From a phage, in sequence record NC_103192.1: a DNA stretch of 64,000 nucleotides. One strand, 5' to 3'. This document shows, in pieces, positions 27,394 through 37,113 of the stretch; the stretch's first letter is position 1; every line of letters begins with the position of its first letter. Under the pieces are notes generated by a model. That model was given only the letters and a program-made list of their open reading frames with translations, made no database searches and was not told the origin of the DNA. Position numbers and translations under genes: made by a program.

Positions 27394-27421
27394 TTGCACA
27401 ATGTATCTGATAGTGTAAGAT
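27394..27421 (+). promoter_or_regulatory. sigma70-like promoter (TTGCAC-16-TAAGAT)
   Basis: Downstream context gtatcacgtagggcggcaatggtgccgctcacaact repeated at 26396. Confidence 0.45.
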
Positions 27422-27471
27422 GTATCACGTAGGGCGGCAATGGTGCCGCTCACAACTGGAAGGAAAACACC

Positions 27472-27675
27472 ATGACTACAGCTAACCGCCTGATCGCCGT
27501 CCTGAACAAAGCAAAGGCTAACCGCCTGGATGTTCAAATCAAAGATCAAGCAAATGGCGAGATCCTTGCTACGGTGTCCGATGGCGGTTATGTATCGGAA
27601 TCATTTTTATCAGGGAGCTTAGATCATCTTGTTTGGAAATTAGAAATTATCGTGGAGGATATGCAGATCATCTAA
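27472..27675 (+). CDS. hypothetical protein
   Basis: RBS GGAAGGAAA. Confidence 0.55.
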   Translation: MTTANRLIAVLNKAKANRLDVQIKDQANGEILATVSDGGYVSESFLSGSLDHLVWKLEIIVEDMQII

Positions 27676-27682
27676 TCTTTAC

Positions 27683-27713
27683 AAAACAGGGCTTGCAATG
27701 GTCCTGTTTTTTG
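27683..27713 (+). terminator. rho-independent terminator
   Basis: aaaacagg-gcttgcaatggt-cctgtttt + TTTG. Confidence 0.55.
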
Positions 27714-27745
27714 TTATACTTATTCTACGGCAGGCACCTGGCGAC

Positions 27746-27765
27746 GGGGGGAGACAATCACCGGG
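27746..27765. repeat. inverted copy of CCCGGTGATTGTCTCCC element
   Basis: gggggagacaatcaccggg is reverse complement of motif at 18404 and 18538. Confidence 0.4.
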
Positions 27766-27796
27766 CCTGCCTGTCATATAAGAACTATAAAAACCG

Positions 27797-27825
27797 TTGA
27801 CATCTGCCATGGGGTGGGGTAACAT
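27797..27825 (+). promoter_or_regulatory. sigma70-like promoter (TTGACA-17-TAACAT)
   Basis: Consensus -35. Confidence 0.45.
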
Positions 27826-27879
27826 TTATCTTGAAGGGGCAAAAGTGCCCACACAACAACCAGGAGAGAGGAAAACATT

Positions 27880-28152
27880 ATGTCAAGCTGGATTAATCAA
27901 GAAGTCGAATCACGTTTTAACGCTATTTGGGATCTCATCGAAAAAGAAGACGGAACATCAAGCCCCTACCTCAACAATTTGGAATTCCATTTTGTGGAAG
28001 CGATGAACGCAGAACATGATCACGAAGGTGGTGCGGATGAGTTCGCTAAAGGTTATGGCTTCAACAGCGCCAACGAAATGATCGAGGCGGTTGTACTCCA
28101 GGCTGAGGAAGATTATCAATTAAAAACGCTTGAATTTTGCCGCCGTAAGTAA
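27880..28152 (+). CDS. hypothetical protein
   Basis: RBS GGAGAGAGGAAAA. Confidence 0.6.
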   Translation: MSSWINQEVESRFNAIWDLIEKEDGTSSPYLNNLEFHFVEAMNAEHDHEGGADEFAKGYGFNSANEMIEAVVLQAEEDYQLKTLEFCRRK

Positions 28153-28211
28153 TAAGATAATGACACGGGCCAAAAGGCCCACCAAACCAGAACCGCATAG
28201 AGGTAAACATC

Positions 28212-28475
28212 ATGAAACGTCTTGACCAGCTCAAACTAGTTCAATATATGGCTTATCGTGTTCTTGAAGTACAGAAAGGTAGCAAAAAAGAGGTTTGCGA
28301 AAAAGCGTACAAGATCTTTACTCGTAAAAAAGATGATTGGATGTTACGCCAGACCAAAAAAGCCGATATCCTGGGGTACCTGGAAGAAGAGATCCGACTT
28401 GAAGAGCAAGAAGAGATCCGCCGTAGTGAGGCAGATTATCAGGCAGCTTGGGAAAACTGGATGAGCAACAAATAA
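28212..28475 (+). CDS. hypothetical protein
   Basis: RBS AGAGGTAA. Confidence 0.6.
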   Translation: MKRLDQLKLVQYMAYRVLEVQKGSKKEVCEKAYKIFTRKKDDWMLRQTKKADILGYLEEEIRLEEQEEIRRSEADYQAAWENWMSNK

Positions 28476-28540
28476 TACAACAAGTTACGGTCAGGGGGTA
28501 ATAAAGCCCCTTGATCACATAAAAATTATGCTATCCCTGG

Positions 28541-28569
28541 TTGACAGGGATCGGCAGTTTTGCTATATT
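28541..28569 (+). promoter_or_regulatory. sigma70-like promoter (TTGACA-17-TATATT)
   Basis: Consensus hexamers. Confidence 0.55.
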
Positions 28570-28618
28570 CTTTTTTGAAGGGAAGTTGTAAGAAAATTAA
28601 CTAAGAGGTAAAAACACC

Positions 28619-29038
28619 ATGAACATTAAATCTAATAATCCGGCATATAGCTTTGATAACGCTTTTTGTCACGGTCCGGCGGCGAAAGGATTCGAAATCG
28701 ATGGTAAACTAATTATTGTCAATGTTGACGGGGAAGAGGTTGCAGTATATCCGGTGGCAGACGTTAAAAGCCGTTTGCAATGCCGCATGGATGTTACCGC
28801 CTACCAGCTTGATCCGGTCCGCATAGTTGCCCTGGTCCTGGAGGAAGAGATCAAAGCAATGCACCACAGCAACAAGTTTATTGGTGACGCTCAAGATAAT
28901 ATGAAGGTGTGCCGCCATAAAGTTAATGAAGTGCTTAAAGAATATGGCTTTAAAGATCTGATGATCAAACGTGAGGAAAAATTCCGCTACCGTAACGACC
29001 TGGCAAATCGGATTTTTGAAATATACGAATCATTATAA
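28619..29038 (+). CDS. hypothetical protein
   Basis: RBS TAAGAGGTAAAAA. Confidence 0.6.
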   Translation: MNIKSNNPAYSFDNAFCHGPAAKGFEIDGKLIIVNVDGEEVAVYPVADVKSRLQCRMDVTAYQLDPVRIVALVLEEEIKAMHHSNKFIGDAQDNMKVCRHKVNEVLKEYGFKDLMIKREEKFRYRNDLANRIFEIYESL

Positions 29039-29057
29039 TTTCTTAACTGAATTATCA

Positions 29058-29086
29058 AGGGGCTTAAAGGCCCCTTTCTTTTTGTC
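29058..29086 (+). terminator. rho-independent terminator closing plus-strand block
   Basis: aggggc-ttaaag-gcccct + TTCTTTTTG. Confidence 0.65.
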
Positions 29087-29639
29087 TGCTCTTCTCCTAC
29101 CATAAACGGCCCCACCCGGCAAGTGGAATAATTGACTAGCCAGCAATTGCCTGCACTGTACAAACATACAGGTAAAATAGTTATTGCATAACCTTTCATT
29201 GTGTGGTAGCAGTGCCATTTTTACACGTTTTTCCTTCCAAAATTGCACGTAATGCCGCTATTGCATAAATTTTAACCTGATGCATATCTTCAATATCTTG
29301 TCAACAACTAAAAATCTTTATAAGTCATACACTTACACCACCACAAAAGCGTGTTCTACGTGAAAAATCGGGTGTAACTATAGCCGCCAGATCTCAGAAT
29401 TTACGTACGCTCACCAGTCTATAGCCTGCTAAGTATTTATTCCAACCATAGAATAACGGAATAGTCAATACCTGCATAAAATAATTATTCGTGTAAACTG
29501 CATAACATAAATCAGCCAGGGTGTCAACATTTTTCGTAAACATCTCGAAATTATCACGATGAGTTATCATAAACAGAGAAATCTTTAGTCGTCTAATGTT
29601 TACTGTACATTACTATACTGGCTGGAATCATTAGATGAC

Positions 29640-30140
29640 TAAGAGAAAGATAAGAAATAGTTAACAATGTAATTGTTTTACCTGTAACAATAAGGCAACT
29701 ATGCAAACGAATGGCATGGCGCGACGGAGTCGCGACATAATATAAAAGCAGTAACCATCACCCCCGTGATAGTTTGTCTGCAAACTATTAATCAGATCAT
29801 AGTTGCCTTGTAGTTAGTTAATCATGACACAATAAGCAAGGCAACTATAGATCTGCTAATAGTTGCCCTGCTTTTATATTATGTCATAGAAACACCCGAA
29901 GGGGTGACCGAAGGTCACCTGGCCTAGCCAGTGAAAGATTATTAACTTGTTAATTGTTAACTTGCTAATTGTTTTCATGCAAACGAATGTCATGGCTTAT
30001 CATATCTGCGTGAACAGTGAAACATGGAAATGATAAATATGTGAACAGTTATCCATGTAAACTATTAGACATGCAAACAATCAGGTGTGCAAAAGTGACA
30101 TAGTATGTCACCAGTATGTCATAGTATGTCAGACAAGTTT
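29640..30140. repeat. repeat-dense non-coding region (alternating GGCAACTAT/ATAGTTGCC sites, palindromes, short direct repeats)
   Basis: GGCAACTAT at 29695 and 29840, inverted at 29792 and 29862; palindrome GGTGACCgaaGGTCACC about 29905; gcaaacgaatg(g/t)catggc x2; ttaacttg(t/c)taattgtt x2; agtatgtca x3. Confidence 0.5.
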
Positions 30141-31616
30141 TTCTCCTCTTTGTCAAGTGCTGCATGGAAAATTTACAAACTGGTATGGTAGCATTTTTGC
30201 GGCCCTGTTTACATTCAGGAGTGTATGTATAATCCTTGTTGTGTGGGCGTTTAGACGTCTGGACGGTCAGAAGTCCGCAGGTTAATATCTAATCTATTGG
30301 TTGCTAACTATATCCCACACAAATAGTAAGAAATATAATTGTTATATGCGTAAACAGTAACTCATGTTATCAATCCATGTATGGATCGCCAGTGGTGCGC
30401 ATAATGGGTATTATGTTAAATTGCCCGTAATGATAACCATTCCCACAATGATAGGTATTCTCATTCACCCCCACAAGATAGGTTGCAAATGTTGTGCCAC
30501 TGTGTGAACGGCCTCACCTATTAATTTGCCCCACTGCCTCGATATTTGAGAATTGTTATAAGAATGAGAAGTATTCCCATTCCGTCCGCCTGGCAGCACT
30601 CCAGTCGCTAACGCTCTCGGGCTGAGAGCTATGCTCGATGCTACCGGCTCCTGACAGGGAGGCACTCCTGTAGGACAGGTCAAAATCGGGGCATAACTGG
30701 ACCCCCCTTCAGATATTTCTGGCTGACTCTTCAGGTCTGTGTGGGAAAAGCCAACCTCTCCGGCAGAGGGGAGGGGGTCAATTAAAAAATTTACGTGGTG
30801 TATGAAGCGCTCTTCAGGCAAGGTGTGTATTATGGGAGGAATCACTCTTCAGGTGATGATATTTGTGGGTGTGATATTTGCTGGAAAGCCAGATATGACG
30901 GGACTCCCGGCGGGGCAGGGGTAGTACAGACAGGGAAAATGTGGAGAATGTGGTGGGTAAATTGATCAGGCAGGTAGAGTATGAAATATGTTACAGGTAT
31001 GTTAAATATGGAGGGTGAATATCTGTAAGATTTGTGTGTAAAATCAAAGACTTAAGTGGTGTTGTGGTATTTTCTATAAATAATTCAAGTTTAATAGGTA
31101 ATATTTGTCTCTATCCACTTTGTGTGGTAACCAGATTCAGATGAAATTGGTTTACAAGTGTATACATAATATACAAATTAAAGATACAAGAAACCCCCCT
31201 CCCCCTTCGGCTACCATTCACCTTTTCCTCTGACTGGTACTTAAACACTTATTCAGACTCTTCAGGTTATCACCCATATATCATATGGCAGTGACTGGTG
31301 TCCTCCGGCCCCTCTTTCGTCACCCGTCCGCTTCGCCATGCTAATGCCATAGCCAAAGGTTCGGTTGTTCACCCTGTTCACTCAGGTGTATCTCCATACC
31401 CCTTCAAACCGAAGAGAACAGAAAACCCGAATTACTCGGTAAAAGAAAAGAGAAGAACTTAATTTTATCAGGATAGGCAAGAATGTCAAGGCATGACTGC
31501 TCACTAAACAAGCAAACAGTCATGTGTGGGAGGTAAGTGATTGTGGTGGTAGGAAATTTAGTTGAAAGATGTGTTATAGGTGCTTCCAGCACTTTAGCCG
31601 GGCAGCTAATTGTGTG

Positions 31617-31832
31617 TCAGTCCAGCGGTTCATCTACTACTTCACTGAAATCAATGTTCAGAGTCTCTTCCCAACCATCGATCTCAGCACAAGAGTGGAG
31701 TTCTTTAGGGTTTACTCCCAAAGCCTCAGCAACAGAGTCTATATTTAACACCTCTGGCAGGTATGATTCATCGAATTCAAGGTAAATCAGGCCACGAGTG
31801 TTGTCAGCTCCACCAAATATTTCTATCTTCAT
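31617..31832 (-). CDS. hypothetical small acidic protein (EIVEE-tail paralog family)
   Basis: RBS AGGAG; MKIEIFGG start and acidic C-terminus like array members. Confidence 0.55.
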   Translation of the reverse strand: MKIEIFGGADNTRGLIYLEFDESYLPEVLNIDSVAEALGVNPKELHSCAEIDGWEETLNIDFSEVVDEPLD

Positions 31833-31952
31833 AAAATCTCCTCTGGAAATGAGAGTGTGAACAGGGTTATACGTTCCAATGCACTGGAATTTATATACGT
31901 TTGCCTCTTCAGGCCATGCTTTAGCATGATAAACTTGTGTGGGCTCGGTACT

Positions 31953-32366
31953 TCATAGTCTGCCACCTCTGAACTCTTCGTTCTCAGGCATGATAGAGAA
32001 CCAGATGGCTATGATGTCCTCCCACGTCAGGTCATCAGCCTCAGGATCTACCTGGAGCGAAGATGGAGAATCTTCAGAATTGAAGTTTTTCTCTTTCACT
32101 GTCTCAGCCAAGGGACATATAGTCACTCCTTTGGATGCCTCTTCAGATGCATGTGTGTTTATCATGTTCCACCCGTGAGTATTCCGGCAACAACTGCTAT
32201 GGACGTAATGATCATCAGGATCACCACCAAAACCTCTGACAATGTTTTCATTGTGCGCTCCATATTCTCCAAATGATGTGTGGATACTATCACAGGAGCG
32301 GTAATGTGTCAACAGAAACGCCGCGAGGGTTTGGTTAAAATCCGAGCGTATGGTGATTTGGGTCAA
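31953..32366 (-). CDS. hypothetical His/Cys-rich protein (start uncertain)
   Basis: ORF from track; no convincing RBS. Confidence 0.3.
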   Translation of the reverse strand: MTQITIRSDFNQTLAAFLLTHYRSCDSIHTSFGEYGAHNENIVRGFGGDPDDHYVHSSCCRNTHGWNMINTHASEEASKGVTICPLAETVKEKNFNSEDSPSSLQVDPEADDLTWEDIIAIWFSIMPENEEFRGGRL

Positions 32367-32471
32367 AACGGACGTGCGTTCTCGCTACGCTCGAAAGAGA
32401 GATTTGTTCGTAGGAAGCTCTTAAACGCTCTGTAATGAGATTAACTGCCCAAGGTATGCAATCGTGCACCA

Positions 32472-32500
32472 GATAAAGAAAAGGACGCCACAGAGCGTCC
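32472..32500 (-). terminator. rho-independent terminator (minus strand)
   Basis: ggacgc-tctgt-ggcgtcc followed by TTTTCTTTAT on minus strand. Confidence 0.5.
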
Positions 32501-32525
32501 TAGGTGTCTTAAATTTGATATTTTG

Positions 32526-32825
32526 CTATACCCATGAGGGCTTATCAAGGTTGGAGTAGCTGAAAGGTGTCAAAAGGTGACTGTCAAAATCCCTCAAACT
32601 ATCCAAATCTTTTTCCTCGTCCTGACACCATCTGTGCCTACATTTATTGTTGTAGTGCATGGAATGCATAGCGTTCTGCAACTTAACAGGCACAAGTGAT
32701 TCAGGAGTAGATAGTATTGTAGGGTATGCCAGAACCACCTCAAACAGTGGAAATACATCGAAACTAAAGTCTACCTCTGCAGAGGTTGATGGCATATAGG
32801 AGTATTTAGCCGCCTTTGTAGACAT
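32526..32825 (-). CDS. hypothetical protein
   Basis: ATG with AGGTGG 4 nt upstream. Confidence 0.5.
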   Translation of the reverse strand: MSTKAAKYSYMPSTSAEVDFSFDVFPLFEVVLAYPTILSTPESLVPVKLQNAMHSMHYNNKCRHRWCQDEEKDLDSLRDFDSHLLTPFSYSNLDKPSWV

Positions 32826-32833
32826 AATCCACC

Positions 32834-33160
32834 TCACACAGGTTTGATAATACCTTCACCGAATAACTCTTCATATTTAATCTTATCAGGATCCCACTCC
32901 TGGATAATTTCGAAGACAATGTCCAGCCCAGGAATAATCACTTCTCCAGTATCCAGTCTGGCAAGAACAAAACCGGAAGGTTGAATGGTTTCCCAGTTGC
33001 GACGATTAGAATAGAGAACTTCGAAAATATCACCAACCGCAATCTGTTGATCAAGGTGCTCAAGATTCTCTTTCATATAAACGCAGCGTATTTTCCGTGC
33101 AGGCCACAGGCCCCCTGCATCACGTTCATTTAGCTCTTTTACAGTAATCGGCATTAGCAT
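32834..33160 (-). CDS. hypothetical protein
   Basis: ATG after GGAGGAG RBS. Confidence 0.5.
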   Translation of the reverse strand: MLMPITVKELNERDAGGLWPARKIRCVYMKENLEHLDQQIAVGDIFEVLYSNRRNWETIQPSGFVLARLDTGEVIIPGLDIVFEIIQEWDPDKIKYEELFGEGIIKPV

Positions 33161-33182
33161 TTCTGATCTCCTCCATAGATAG

Positions 33183-33209
33183 TAAAAAAGAGGGGCCAAG
33201 ACCCCTCTT
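33183..33209 (-). terminator. rho-independent terminator (minus strand)
   Basis: agagggg-tcttggc-ccctct + TTTTTTAC on minus strand. Confidence 0.55.
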
Positions 33210-33214
33210 CGTTG

Positions 33215-33520
33215 TTATTCTGCAGAGCGTTTGAACAGAATGTCTGCTTCAGACATGTGCTCAACCTCTTCTTCGATTTTAGCTCGACGTTTTTCAGCTT
33301 CGTAGCGGATATCGAATTCAGTAGCCACCAATGACTTGATAAACTTAGGAGAATACAGGTGATCCTGTTTCTCGACAATAATAATATCCTTGATAGCGTC
33401 TTTCAGATCTTTAATCTGAAGCTGAAGTTCCACCAGCTCTTCAATTGTTTTACGGAGGCGATCACGCTCTGCAGTGTCAGAAGGAAGAGAGGTGAACAGT
33501 TCAACTTTAGATTTAGCCAT
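33215..33520 (-). CDS. hypothetical coiled-coil protein
   Basis: RBS AAGGAGA. Confidence 0.6.
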   Translation of the reverse strand: MAKSKVELFTSLPSDTAERDRLRKTIEELVELQLQIKDLKDAIKDIIIVEKQDHLYSPKFIKSLVATEFDIRYEAEKRRAKIEEEVEHMSEADILFKRSAE

Positions 33521-33548
33521 AGTAAGAGTCTCCTTATGTTGTTTTAAA

Positions 33549-33800
33549 TTAACGTTCTACAAAAATACCGTTCAGTTCAATAACCAGGAATTTCTGGTCT
33601 TCACTATCGTCACGTGCCAGCACCTCACAGACGTAACGGTCATCTCCGTCATCATCACAGTCAAATACAAGGCTGAGGACTTTATCATGATAAACCTTCG
33701 CCACCACTGCCTCGTAAGTATTGCCGATTGTGAATCCAAGATAATCCCCGATGCATTTGACAACAACATGGTCGCCAGCATTTAAGTCAATCTTCGTCAT
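33549..33800 (-). CDS. hypothetical protein
   Basis: Internal ATG with AAGGGG RBS. Confidence 0.5.
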   Translation of the reverse strand: MTKIDLNAGDHVVVKCIGDYLGFTIGNTYEAVVAKVYHDKVLSLVFDCDDDGDDRYVCEVLARDDSEDQKFLVIELNGIFVER

Positions 33801-33955
33801 TACTGTGCCCCTTGGGTGAGAATATGGTATGTAAAACTTTAACCAGAGATGTGAATAACGCCCCAAAACACACCGATAGCGCTAAAACGGATAAGGCCAT
33901 CATTAAAGCTTCAGTAAAATCAGTCATTCCTCACCTCTTGTTAGTCACTATACTA

Positions 33956-34219
33956 TCATTTATCCTTGTCGTCAAGAACTTTTTTAAATCTTTCAGGGAT
34001 ATCTCCCGTTCTTAGATAGTTCATGACCTCGCAAGGTTCCCACTTGAATTTCTTACAGAGCAGGGCGGCTGAGATTGTTTCATTGCGAAAAGAAAGGATA
34101 TTAATATCCCACTCTGAGAACCCCAACTTCCGAAGGGTAGCTACAGAAATCCTCACCGCAACCCAGCAGCAAAAACATGCAACAAACGCCACTGCTATAA
34201 CCCACATCAGGATGTTCAT
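33956..34219 (-). CDS. hypothetical membrane protein
   Basis: N-terminal hydrophobic helix; RBS GAGGTG. Confidence 0.55.
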   Translation of the reverse strand: MNILMWVIAVAFVACFCCWVAVRISVATLRKLGFSEWDINILSFRNETISAALLCKKFKWEPCEVMNYLRTGDIPERFKKVLDDKDK

Positions 34220-34308
34220 ACAAGCACCTCACTGAAATACAAGGCATAGTGTCAAGGTTACTGACCAGCAAATAATTAACAGTGCCGTTGCAACCTTGGC
34301 AAGATTTA

Positions 34309-34596
34309 TCATAGTGCCTCTAAGATTTCATATCCTTCGGGTCGGAATACAAGCCACTCTGTGGCTCCGTTTGGTCGATACGCTTTATACAGAACAACCT
34401 GGTCTCGGCACATGCACATGGCTACATAGTTTTCATCCACACCTGCAGCCTGCATTGCATCTTCTTCTCCGGCAACTGCTTTGCTTACAACTTCCTTGGT
34501 AGGCAGGTGTGCGATCAGCTCGTCACCATCATTAATTCCAAAATGGCTGAGTTCGCCGTTGGTATCTTTAATCTTAATCTTAACCAAATCTTTCAT
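34309..34596 (-). CDS. small acidic protein (EIVEE-tail paralog family)
   Basis: C-terminus PEGYEILEAL; coupled to upstream gene (ATGA overlap). Confidence 0.55.
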   Translation of the reverse strand: MKDLVKIKIKDTNGELSHFGINDGDELIAHLPTKEVVSKAVAGEEDAMQAAGVDENYVAMCMCRDQVVLYKAYRPNGATEWLVFRPEGYEILEAL

Positions 34597-34925
34597 TAGT
34601 CTTCCCCCAGGTTCAAAGGTCCTAAGATTTCATATGCCAGATTAGAAGTTACAAGAGGGTCTTCTGCGTCTTTAGTATTATACCACCCGTGAATAACCAG
34701 AGTCCCACTTTGTTTCATGTCCAACTGGAACTCTTCTGCCGTTTCCTCATCCAGCTCCAAGATTTCCATAAGGTATTTGATGTTAGGGAGGTATGCAGCT
34801 GTTACAGTCCCCTCTACCAGACCTTCAGGCCAACCTACATCCGGATGACAAGTAGGAACCAAGTTGGTCAACTTAATGGTGTACGCTTTTTCTGCACGAG
34901 CCTTCAGTAACGGGTCAATCTTCAT
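34596..34925 (-). CDS. small acidic protein (paralog family)
   Basis: 109 aa; coupled starts. Confidence 0.55.
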   Translation of the reverse strand: MKIDPLLKARAEKAYTIKLTNLVPTCHPDVGWPEGLVEGTVTAAYLPNIKYLMEILELDEETAEEFQLDMKQSGTLVIHGWYNTKDAEDPLVTSNLAYEILGPLNLGED

Positions 34926-35275
34926 TATTCGTCCTCCTCTTCGGTGCCTGCTTCCAGTAATAAGTTAAGAATATCTTCTGCACAAGGCTCATAGAACTCT
35001 TGGCCTTCATTATCGATGATTTTGTAGTCATCTCCACGAATAATCAGGGGATCACTCTCAAAATTATCGAGACCTTTAACAACGACAACACGATCGATTG
35101 CCATCATTGTAAGAACTTTATCGACATCTTCCTCTGCTACACCATACTGCAGCAGAATGTCTTTGGTAGGAGGAACAGCATCCACCACAACGCCGTTACC
35201 AAAACCTTCTGGAAGTTTAGCTAAAATATCTTCCGGAACCACATTCACATCAAAACCGGTAATTTCTACTTTCAT
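34925..35275 (-). CDS. small acidic protein (paralog family)
   Basis: MKVEITGF start, acidic C-terminus EEEDE. Confidence 0.55.
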   Translation of the reverse strand: MKVEITGFDVNVVPEDILAKLPEGFGNGVVVDAVPPTKDILLQYGVAEEDVDKVLTMMAIDRVVVVKGLDNFESDPLIIRGDDYKIIDNEGQEFYEPCAEDILNLLLEAGTEEEDE

Positions 35276-35536
35276 TTACAGCACCTCTTCGTCAACTACT
35301 TCATAAAAATGGCCTGGGATTGCAATAGCGTTCTCACCTTCACCTACAAACACAGTTCCGTCAAGAATCAACATCATAAGAATTTCTGTAATATCCTCTT
35401 CCGGAACGTTGCCAAAACCTTTAATCAACTTATAGGTCGGGATATCCGCCTCTAGGATGTCTCCATCTTTAGAACGGAAATCAACACCTTCCTGAATCTC
35501 TGCCGTTTCAAGGTTTTTCAATTTAATCTTCATCAA
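35276..35536 (-). CDS. small acidic protein (paralog family)
   Basis: MKIKLKNL start; C-terminus FYEVVDEEVL; RBS TAGGAGA. Confidence 0.55.
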   Translation of the reverse strand: MMKIKLKNLETAEIQEGVDFRSKDGDILEADIPTYKLIKGFGNVPEEDITEILMMLILDGTVFVGEGENAIAIPGHFYEVVDEEVL

Positions 35537-35563
35537 TCGGTCTCCTATCTTGTTAAGATGAAG

Positions 35564-35592
35564 GTATTATTGCACACAGGGTTGGTGTTGTC
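35564..35592 (-). promoter_or_regulatory. sigma70-like promoter on minus strand (TTGACA-17-AATAAT) within near-palindrome GGTGTTGTCAACACC
   Basis: Read on minus strand: gttgacaacaccaaccctgtgtgcaataat. Confidence 0.5.
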
Positions 35593-35612
35593 AACACCTG
35601 TGTGGCATAAAA

Positions 35613-36008
35613 TTACTGAAACAGTGCAGATAAATTACCTTCTGGTGGAAACTTATCTGCCAAGAACGGAGTCAGAACAGTGGCCTTCTGGAGATCTGGA
35701 GTCCACTCGTTGTTCAGAACATCCCAGTAGTACGCAATGTTACTGTGTGGGTGCCGCATTACGAACTTTTTCCCTTCGTAGTCATCTGAAACCTCTACAG
35801 AAGAAATAACAACAGAATCTTCAAGGGTTTCTTCATAGAAAGATCCGCCTTCAAATTTCCAACGAGATGCAAGAGCCCCTGCCTTGAACGCTGCAGATAA
35901 CGGACTGTCGGCAAGAACATACATTTCTTGCATTCTGTCGCTGCGATCTTTGCTTCTTACGTTGTATACAGTATCTGAGCTATACTCAACACGGTATAGG
36001 CTTACCAT
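35613..36008 (-). CDS. hypothetical protein (paralog of 37815..38213)
   Basis: Shared ...HP.S...YYW......WTP... signature. Confidence 0.55.
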   Translation of the reverse strand: MVSLYRVEYSSDTVYNVRSKDRSDRMQEMYVLADSPLSAAFKAGALASRWKFEGGSFYEETLEDSVVISSVEVSDDYEGKKFVMRHPHSNIAYYWDVLNNEWTPDLQKATVLTPFLADKFPPEGNLSALFQ

Positions 36009-36340
36009 TACCGCACCTCCTCAATAACTTCCACATCTGAACCCACCACAAATGCAAAAGGACAGGTTTCATGAAAGACATCCGGATCTCCACCAAGCTT
36101 GCTAACTATCTCTCCACCACTGATAAACACAAGCTCACCAATATTCATCAGATTGCTAAAATAGTAGCCATAATGATTGAAGAATGCAGCTGGGTCAGGT
36201 AGACTGGTGGCCTCAAGCTCTACATTGCTTGAGATCACTTTCTTATCATACCCTCTCGCCTTTTGAGATGCAAGATCTGCAGAATCCTCAGGCGACCGAA
36301 GATGCACAGGAATTGTTTCACCAATAAAGCGTACTTTCAT
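36008..36340 (-). CDS. small acidic protein (paralog family)
   Basis: Start at MKVRFIGE ATG after GGTGA; C-terminus VGSDVEVIEEVR. Confidence 0.55.
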   Translation of the reverse strand: MKVRFIGETIPVHLRSPEDSADLASQKARGYDKKVISSNVELEATSLPDPAAFFNHYGYYFSNLMNIGELVFISGGEIVSKLGGDPDVFHETCPFAFVVGSDVEVIEEVR

Positions 36341-36344
36341 ATTA

Positions 36345-36608
36345 TCACCCAACAACCATAGCTTCAAAAGGAGTCATAAACGAATAAACAGCATCATCAT
36401 CTGCTTCAGGAAATGCCCCCAAAGCCTTCATGTCTGAGCCTTTAACAAATACAAGGTTTTGATCAAAAGCTTCTTGTGGATCAATCCGGTACATATTTCG
36501 TAGGGTATCACTTACCTCATCATCGAGAGGCGAGTATGCTGTGCACGTTTTTCCAATCAAGCTTTGAGAATCAGGGTATCCACCTGAAGTTTTAAAATAA
36601 ACAATCAT
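36345..36608 (-). CDS. small acidic protein (paralog family)
   Basis: LVFVKGSDMKALGA resembles VVLVKGKDLLAAGA of paralogs; RBS AAAGGTGAG. Confidence 0.55.
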   Translation of the reverse strand: MIVYFKTSGGYPDSQSLIGKTCTAYSPLDDEVSDTLRNMYRIDPQEAFDQNLVFVKGSDMKALGAFPEADDDAVYSFMTPFEAMVVG

Positions 36609-36700
36609 ATAGTCTCACCTTTGGTAAGAGATGGGGATTCCTTTCCCACAAATAATTACAAACCTTTCTTGTAGAGGAAAGTATGCTAACCCAAGCAGGA

Positions 36701-36970
36701 TTACTCTTCTACAATCTCATACACATCCGGAGTTACAATCAACTCTTCCCCGTTACCTGGTGCAACAAACACTACCAAACCTTCAGGTGTGTGCTTTTTA
36801 GCCATCTCGATGACATCTTCTCGCAGAGCTGGCTCCATCAGATCAAAACCTTCACCCAGGGCATCACGAACCACCTTCATGTAGTCAACTGGTTGTGCTT
36901 CAACGATCATGCCTTCAACCAGTCCACAGTTTTTGTCTGCCAGTTCAGTTTGGAATAATTTAATTTTCAT
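36701..36970 (-). CDS. small acidic protein (paralog family)
   Basis: MKIKLFQT start, C-terminus VYEIVEE; RBS GAGGAG. Confidence 0.6.
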   Translation of the reverse strand: MKIKLFQTELADKNCGLVEGMIVEAQPVDYMKVVRDALGEGFDLMEPALREDVIEMAKKHTPEGLVVFVAPGNGEELIVTPDVYEIVEE

Positions 36971-37002
36971 TTAGAGGTCTCCTCAATTATTTGATATTAA
37001 TA

Positions 37003-37104
37003 GCCGTAACCTAACACATTAACTACAACTGCGATTGCAAACATAATTCCAAAGCATGCAATCTCTACATTTGGGATTAATTTCTTAATCGTGCCCATTG
37101 TAGC
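37003..37104 (-). CDS. possible small membrane peptide (33 aa), not in ORF track
   Basis: GAGGTG upstream of ATG; hydrophobic MGTIKKLIPNVEIACFGIMFAIAVVVNVLGYGY. Confidence 0.3.
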
Positions 37105-37113
37105 ACCTCAATC

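Noticed and set aside
29640-30140. Possible CRISPR-like array suggested by recurring short repeats.
   Set aside because: Repeats are heterogeneous, in both orientations, and irregularly spaced (13 to about 280 bp); no regular repeat-spacer periodicity.
30465-30924. ORF-track entries 30465..30845 (-) and 30739..30924 (+) in the repeat-rich region.
   Set aside because: No RBS, overlapping each other on opposite strands, composition-driven; more likely non-coding.
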